Positions 34,401 through 40,400 of a stretch of 64,000 bases of DNA are shown here, piece by piece; the stretch's first letter is position 1; each line of letters opens with the position of its first letter. The notes beneath the pieces are model-generated. The model was not told the DNA's origin. It searched no databases and saw only the letters and a list, made by a program, of their open reading frames with translations. This stretch comes from an uncultured bacterium (GTDB lineage: Bacteria; Zixibacteria; MSB-5A5; UBA10806). The stretch lies in assembly GCA_965541585.1 (NCBI GenBank), contig CBEUCH010000013.1, forward strand, positions 32,001 to 96,000, written 5' to 3'. Both the position numbers and the translations under genes were made by a program.

Positions 34401-37400
34401 CTCTTCCGGCCAATGCCGCCTTTGAGGATTCATTAAACAGCCATGGTCTGTTTGTCTTCGCTCCAGACTTTACGCAAGCCGGGATTGATACGGTGTTGTT
34501 CATTGCCACCGATGGTGCCTTGTCGGATTCGGAGTATGTCCAGATAACGGTGGTGGAGTTTGGCAACAACCCACCGGTATTGGATCCCATCAGCTCGCAG
34601 ACTGTCGACGAGGGATCGCTGTTGCAGGTTCTGGTTACAGCTTCCGATCCGGACAGCACCATACCGTTGCTTTCAACGATTACTCTTCCCGTAAACGCGA
34701 TCTTTACAGACAGCCTCAACGGTGCGGGGTTGTTGGAGTTTGCCCCGGATTACTTCCAGTCGGGCGTATACTTTGTGACCTTTATCGCCTCCGATGGCGC
34801 TCTGGCCGATTCGCAGAACGTGATGATCACGGTCAATAATATTAACCGGGCACCGGTATTGGATTCCATCCCTACGCCGCAGGCTGTGGCCGAAGGATCT
34901 TTGTTGCAGGTAACGATTACCTCGAGCGATCCGGACACCACTATTCCGATATTGACGGCCGAGAATCTGCCGCTTAACGCTACTTTTGCCGATTCCGGTG
35001 ACGGCAGCGGCGATTTCCAGTTCAACCCGGATTATATACAGTCAGGTCCGTATCAGGTGTTGTTTATATCGTCGGATGGAGATTTAGCTGATTCCCAGTA
35101 TGTTGATATAGATGTTATAGAGACCGACCGTCCGCCGGCTTTAGACCCGATCCTGCCGCAGACAGTAGCAGAAGGCGATCATCTTGATCTGCGGATAACG
35201 GCCTCTGATCCGGATGGCGATCTCATCGGTCTGGTGGCGGAGCTATTGCCCGCCAATTCGGCTTTCTTCGATTCCACGGGGGGCGTCGGTGGGTTTGTCT
35301 TCGATCCGGATTACACTCAATCCGGTCCTTATCAAATAAGATTCATAGCCAGTTCGAATTCTTTATCAGACACTCAGCTGGTTGATATAACAGTTACAGA
35401 ATTAGACCGTCCGCCGGTACTGGATCCGATCTTGCCTCAGACGGTTGATGAGGGCGATCATCTCGATTTGAGGCTAACTGCCTCTGATCCGGATGGCGAC
35501 GTCATATCTCTTGTGGCGGAGTTGTTGCCGGCTAATTCGGCCTTCTTCGATTCCAGCGGCGGAGTTGGTGGTTTTGTCTTCGATCCGGATTACACCCAAT
35601 CCGGCCCTTATCAGGTGAGGTTCATAGCCAGTTCGAATTCGTTAGCCGACACCCAGCTGGTTGATATAACCGTTAACGATGTCAATCTGCCGCCGGTATT
35701 AGATCCTATCCCGCCACAAACCGTTGCCGAGGGCAGCCATCTCGATTTGAGAATAACGGCCTCTGATCCGGATGGCGATCCGATTGCTCTATTGGCGGAG
35801 TTATTGCCTCCCAATTCAGCCTTCTTCGATTCCACCGGGGGAGTGGGTGGTTTTGTCTTCGATCCGGATTACACTCAATCCGGTCCTTATCAGGTGAGGC
35901 TCATTGCGAGTGCGAATTCACTGGCCGACACCCAGCTTGTTGATATAACTGTTACTGAAGTTGACCGTCCGCCTGTTTTAGATCCGGTCTTGCCGCAGAT
36001 TGTGGCCGAGGGGGATCATCTGGAGTTCCGTTTGACGGCATCGGACCCGGATGGCGATGTCATAACACTTGTTGGCGAGCTTCTGCCTCCCAATTCAGCC
36101 TTCTTCGATTCCACAGGCGGAGTCGCCGGGTTTGTTTTCGATCCGGATTATACTCAATCCGGCCCTTATCAAATAAGATTCATAGCTAACTCGAATTCTC
36201 TGGCAGACACTCAGCTTGTAGATATCACAGTTACTGAGCTAGACCGTCAGCCGGTGTTAGATCCGATCTCGCCGCAGACTATGGCCGAAGGCGATCATCT
36301 CGATTTGAGGATAACGGCTTCTGATCCGGATGGCGATCCGGTAGGCCTGGTAGCGGAGTTGTTGCCTCCCAATTCGGCTTTCTTTGATTCGACGGGAGGA
36401 GTCGGTGGATTTACGTTCGATCCCGATTATACTCAATCCGGCCCTTATCAGGTGAGATTTATCGCGAATTCGAATTCTCTGGCAGACACCCAGCTTGTAG
36501 ATATAACCGTTACGAATGTCGATCTGCCGCCGCTATTAGATCCCATATCGCCGCAGACTGTGTCGGAGGGCGGCCATCTCGATCTGAGGATAACGGCCTC
36601 AGATCCGGATGGCGATCCAGTTGGTCTGGTGGCGGAGTTGTTACCTCCCAATTCAGCGTTTTTCGATTCGACGGGAGGCGTTGGTGGATTTACATTCGAT
36701 CCGGATTTTACTCAATCCGGTCCTTATCAGGTGAGATTTATTGCGAATTCAACCTCTCTATCTGATACCCAACTGGTGGATATCACGGTGATTGAGGCCG
36801 GGGATCAACCGCCCGTATGGGATCCCATATCGCCGCAGACGTTTGCGGAGGGAGATCATCTGGATCTTCAGGTGACGGCCACCGATCCGGAGGGCGACAT
36901 CATTTCACTGACGGCGGAGTTGTTGCCTGCCAATTCGGCCTTTTTCGATTCGACCGGAGGAGTTGGAGGATTCACGTTTGATCCCGACTACTTCCAGGCC
37001 GATTTATATCAGGTCAGGTTCATTGCGACTGCAAACGCCCAATCGGATACGGCGCTTGTAGACATCACGGTCACCGACACACCTCGTCCGCCTATCTGGG
37101 ATCCGATTGGTGACCGGGCCTTATTTGAGGGTGAGAGCATCAGCTTTATTGTCACGGCCACTGATCCCGATTTGACTATACCGTTGCTTAGCGTCGACAG
37201 CCTGCCTGCCAATGCTGTCTTTACCGACAGTCTCAATGGTAACGGACTGTTCAGTTTCTCGCCGGATTACACGCAGGCGGGTCAGCATATTTTGACCTTT
37301 ATCGCCTCCGACGGAGTTTTATCCGATTCGGAGGTGGTTAACATATTCGTTTTCGAGGCCGGCAACCAGCCGCCGGAGATAGATTCCATCGCTCCGCAGT

Positions 37401-40400
37401 CGATGGTTGAAGGAGAGCATCTTGAGTTTGTAGTCATCTCCTCCGATCCTGACAGCACTATACCGGCCTTGCAGGCATTTGACCTTCCCGCCAATGCGGT
37501 TTTCGCCGATTCGGGCAACGGTCATGGTCTGTTTACTTTCGATCCTGATTTTACGCAGGCGGGCGTTCATAATGTGTTGTTCCGGGCCTTCGATGGCGAG
37601 CTATATGATTCGCTTTACGCAGAGATTACGGTAGTGGACTTCGGCTTCCCGCCCGAACTCGATCCTATCGGTCCTCAAACCGTAACTGAGGGTGACACGC
37701 TGCAGGTTGTAATAACCTCCTCGGATCCGGACGGCACCTATCCGCAGCTTCTGACCGGTCCTCTTCCGGCCAACGCCGCTTTTGAGGATTCATTAAACGG
37801 TCATGGTCTGTTTGTCTTCACTCCAGACTTTACGCAATCGGGGATTGATACGGTATTGTTCATGGCTACCGATGGCGCCTTGTCGGATTCGGAGTATGTG
37901 GAAATAACTATAATCGAGGCCGGCAACCAGCCGCCCACTCTGAATCCCATCGGGCCACAGGTTGTTGATGAGGGCGATACGCTACTTGTTATAATAAGCG
38001 CCAGCGATCCCGACAGCACGATACCGGGATTATCAGTTGTCGGACTGCCTCCCAATGCTACATTTAATGATAATTTTGATGGTACCGGCACTTTTGAATT
38101 CAGACCCGATTACACACAGGGCGGATTGGATACTGTATTATTCATTGCCACCGACACGGCTCTGGCCGATTCCGAATACGTAGAGATAACTATTTATGAC
38201 ATCAATCTGCCTCCGATTCTTACCCCCATCGGGCCTCATTTTACGGATGAGGGAGTACTTCTCCAGGTTATGGTGACGGCAACGGATCCCGATGGCACCA
38301 TACCGTCCCTGACAGCAGACTCGCTACCGCTTAACGCGACTTTCGTGGATTCCTCCAATGGCGCAGGTCTATTCGAATTCATGCCGGATTTCGATCAGGC
38401 AGGCGTTTACAACGTATTGTTCGCCGCTTCCGATGGCATCCTGGCTGATTCAGAACTGGTGGTGATCACGGTTGTCGATGTCAATCGGCCGCCGCTGTTC
38501 GATCCGGTTGGAGACCAGCAGGTAACAGAGGGAGACAGCCTCTTCTTTACCGTGCAGGCTGTCGATCCCGAGGGTTTGATACCGTCGTTAAGCGTAGACT
38601 TGCTGCCCACAAATGCCGTCTTTACAGACAGCGGCAATGGAACCGGCTTATATGAATATCGTCCGGATTACACCCAGTCAGGTGTCGATACCGTGGCTTT
38701 CCTTGCCAGCGATGGGGTACTGATAGATACTCTGAAAGTTCAAATCACCACCATTGAAGCCGGCAATCAGTGGCCGGTGCTTTCTCCGATCGGCCCCAGA
38801 GTTGTGGATGAGAGCCAGCTATTGCAGTTCAATGTTTATGGCAGCGACGCTGATGACGGGCCCCCGAGCCTGCAGGTGGGAAGTCTACCGTTGGGCTCTA
38901 CATTCTACGATTCTACCAACGGGGTCGGCACCTTTACGTTTACGCCAGACTTCTTCCAGTCGGGAATCTATATCGTCCTCTTCTTTGCTACGGACGGTTC
39001 AGCTGCCGATTCGGAGTATGTGCTGATAACGGTCAATAACATAAACCAGCCCCCCCAGCTAACGCCTATAGGAAACCAGGCAATATTCGAGGGTGATTCG
39101 CTTGGTCTGAATATCATAGCCTCCGATCTGGACGGCGATTCTCTCGTTATTACCGCTGAACTAATTGAAGTCAATATGACATTTACGGACAATGGCGACG
39201 GGACGGCATTCTTCCAGTTTATGCCAGATTTTACACAGGCGGGAATATATCCCCTCACCTTTGCCGTCACAGATGGAGTGGACGCCGATACTGATCTGGT
39301 TCAGATAGAGGTTATAGAGGTCGGCAATCAGCCGCCCGTGCTTGCTGCGATCGATACGGCATACTATATCACAGAAGGCTATCTGCTTGTGATTCCTGTT
39401 TCTGCAACAGATCTCGATGCAGACTCTCTGGTTCTCAGCGCCGATTCGCTTGTGGAGAATATGACATTCGACGATTACGGAGATGGCTCCGGGTCGTTTA
39501 CGTTCGCTCCGAGTTATCTTCAGTCCGGCACGTATCCGCTTACTTTCAGCGCCTTTGACGGTCAAGCTTATGACTCGTTGCAGACGATCATATACGTAGC
39601 GGAAGAAGGTAACCAGCCTCCAGTACTCGATCCTATCGGGCCACAAACGGTTGCCGAAGGGGATAGTCTGGTTCTGGATATTTCCGCCAGCGATCCGGAA
39701 GGATTCATACCGATTCTCTTAGTTTCCGATCAACCGGATTCGTCGTATTTCACGGACAACGGCGACGGCACCGGGAGATTTAGATATTATCCCGATTTCT
39801 ATTCCGCGGGTGTTGATACAGTAAGGTTTACGGCTATGGATGACGGCGGGCTGACCGATTACGAGGACGTACTCATTACGATAACAGACGTCAACTTACC
39901 GCCGTTTATAGTCTTTGATGGCGATACGCTGGTGCACGAGGGCGATACGCTGGTTGCCATTGTAATCGCCACCGACTCAAGCGATTTTGAGCCGGGACCG
40001 ATCTCGCTATCACATGGTTATCTGCCGCCGAATTCCGATTTCGTGATAACGGGCAACGGTGTGGGAGAGTTCAGATTCTACCCGGATTTTGAGCAGACGG
40101 GGATCGATTCAGCTTACTTCTATGCGGTGGATAGCGATATTCCCCCGATGTCTGATGAGAAATGGGTGAACCTGACAGTACTGGCCAGCAATCGTCCGCC
40201 GGAACTGGTACAGCCACCTGGTGGATCTGTCGATCAAGGCGATACATTGACGATTGATCTTTTCGCCACCGATCCCGATGGCGATTCTATAGTACTATTC
40301 ATCAATTGCGATTGCCCCGAGCCGTTGCCGCCAAGATCTGAGTTCCAGGATTTCGGCGATGGCACCGGCCAGTTTACCTTCTATCCCGACTACACGCAAA

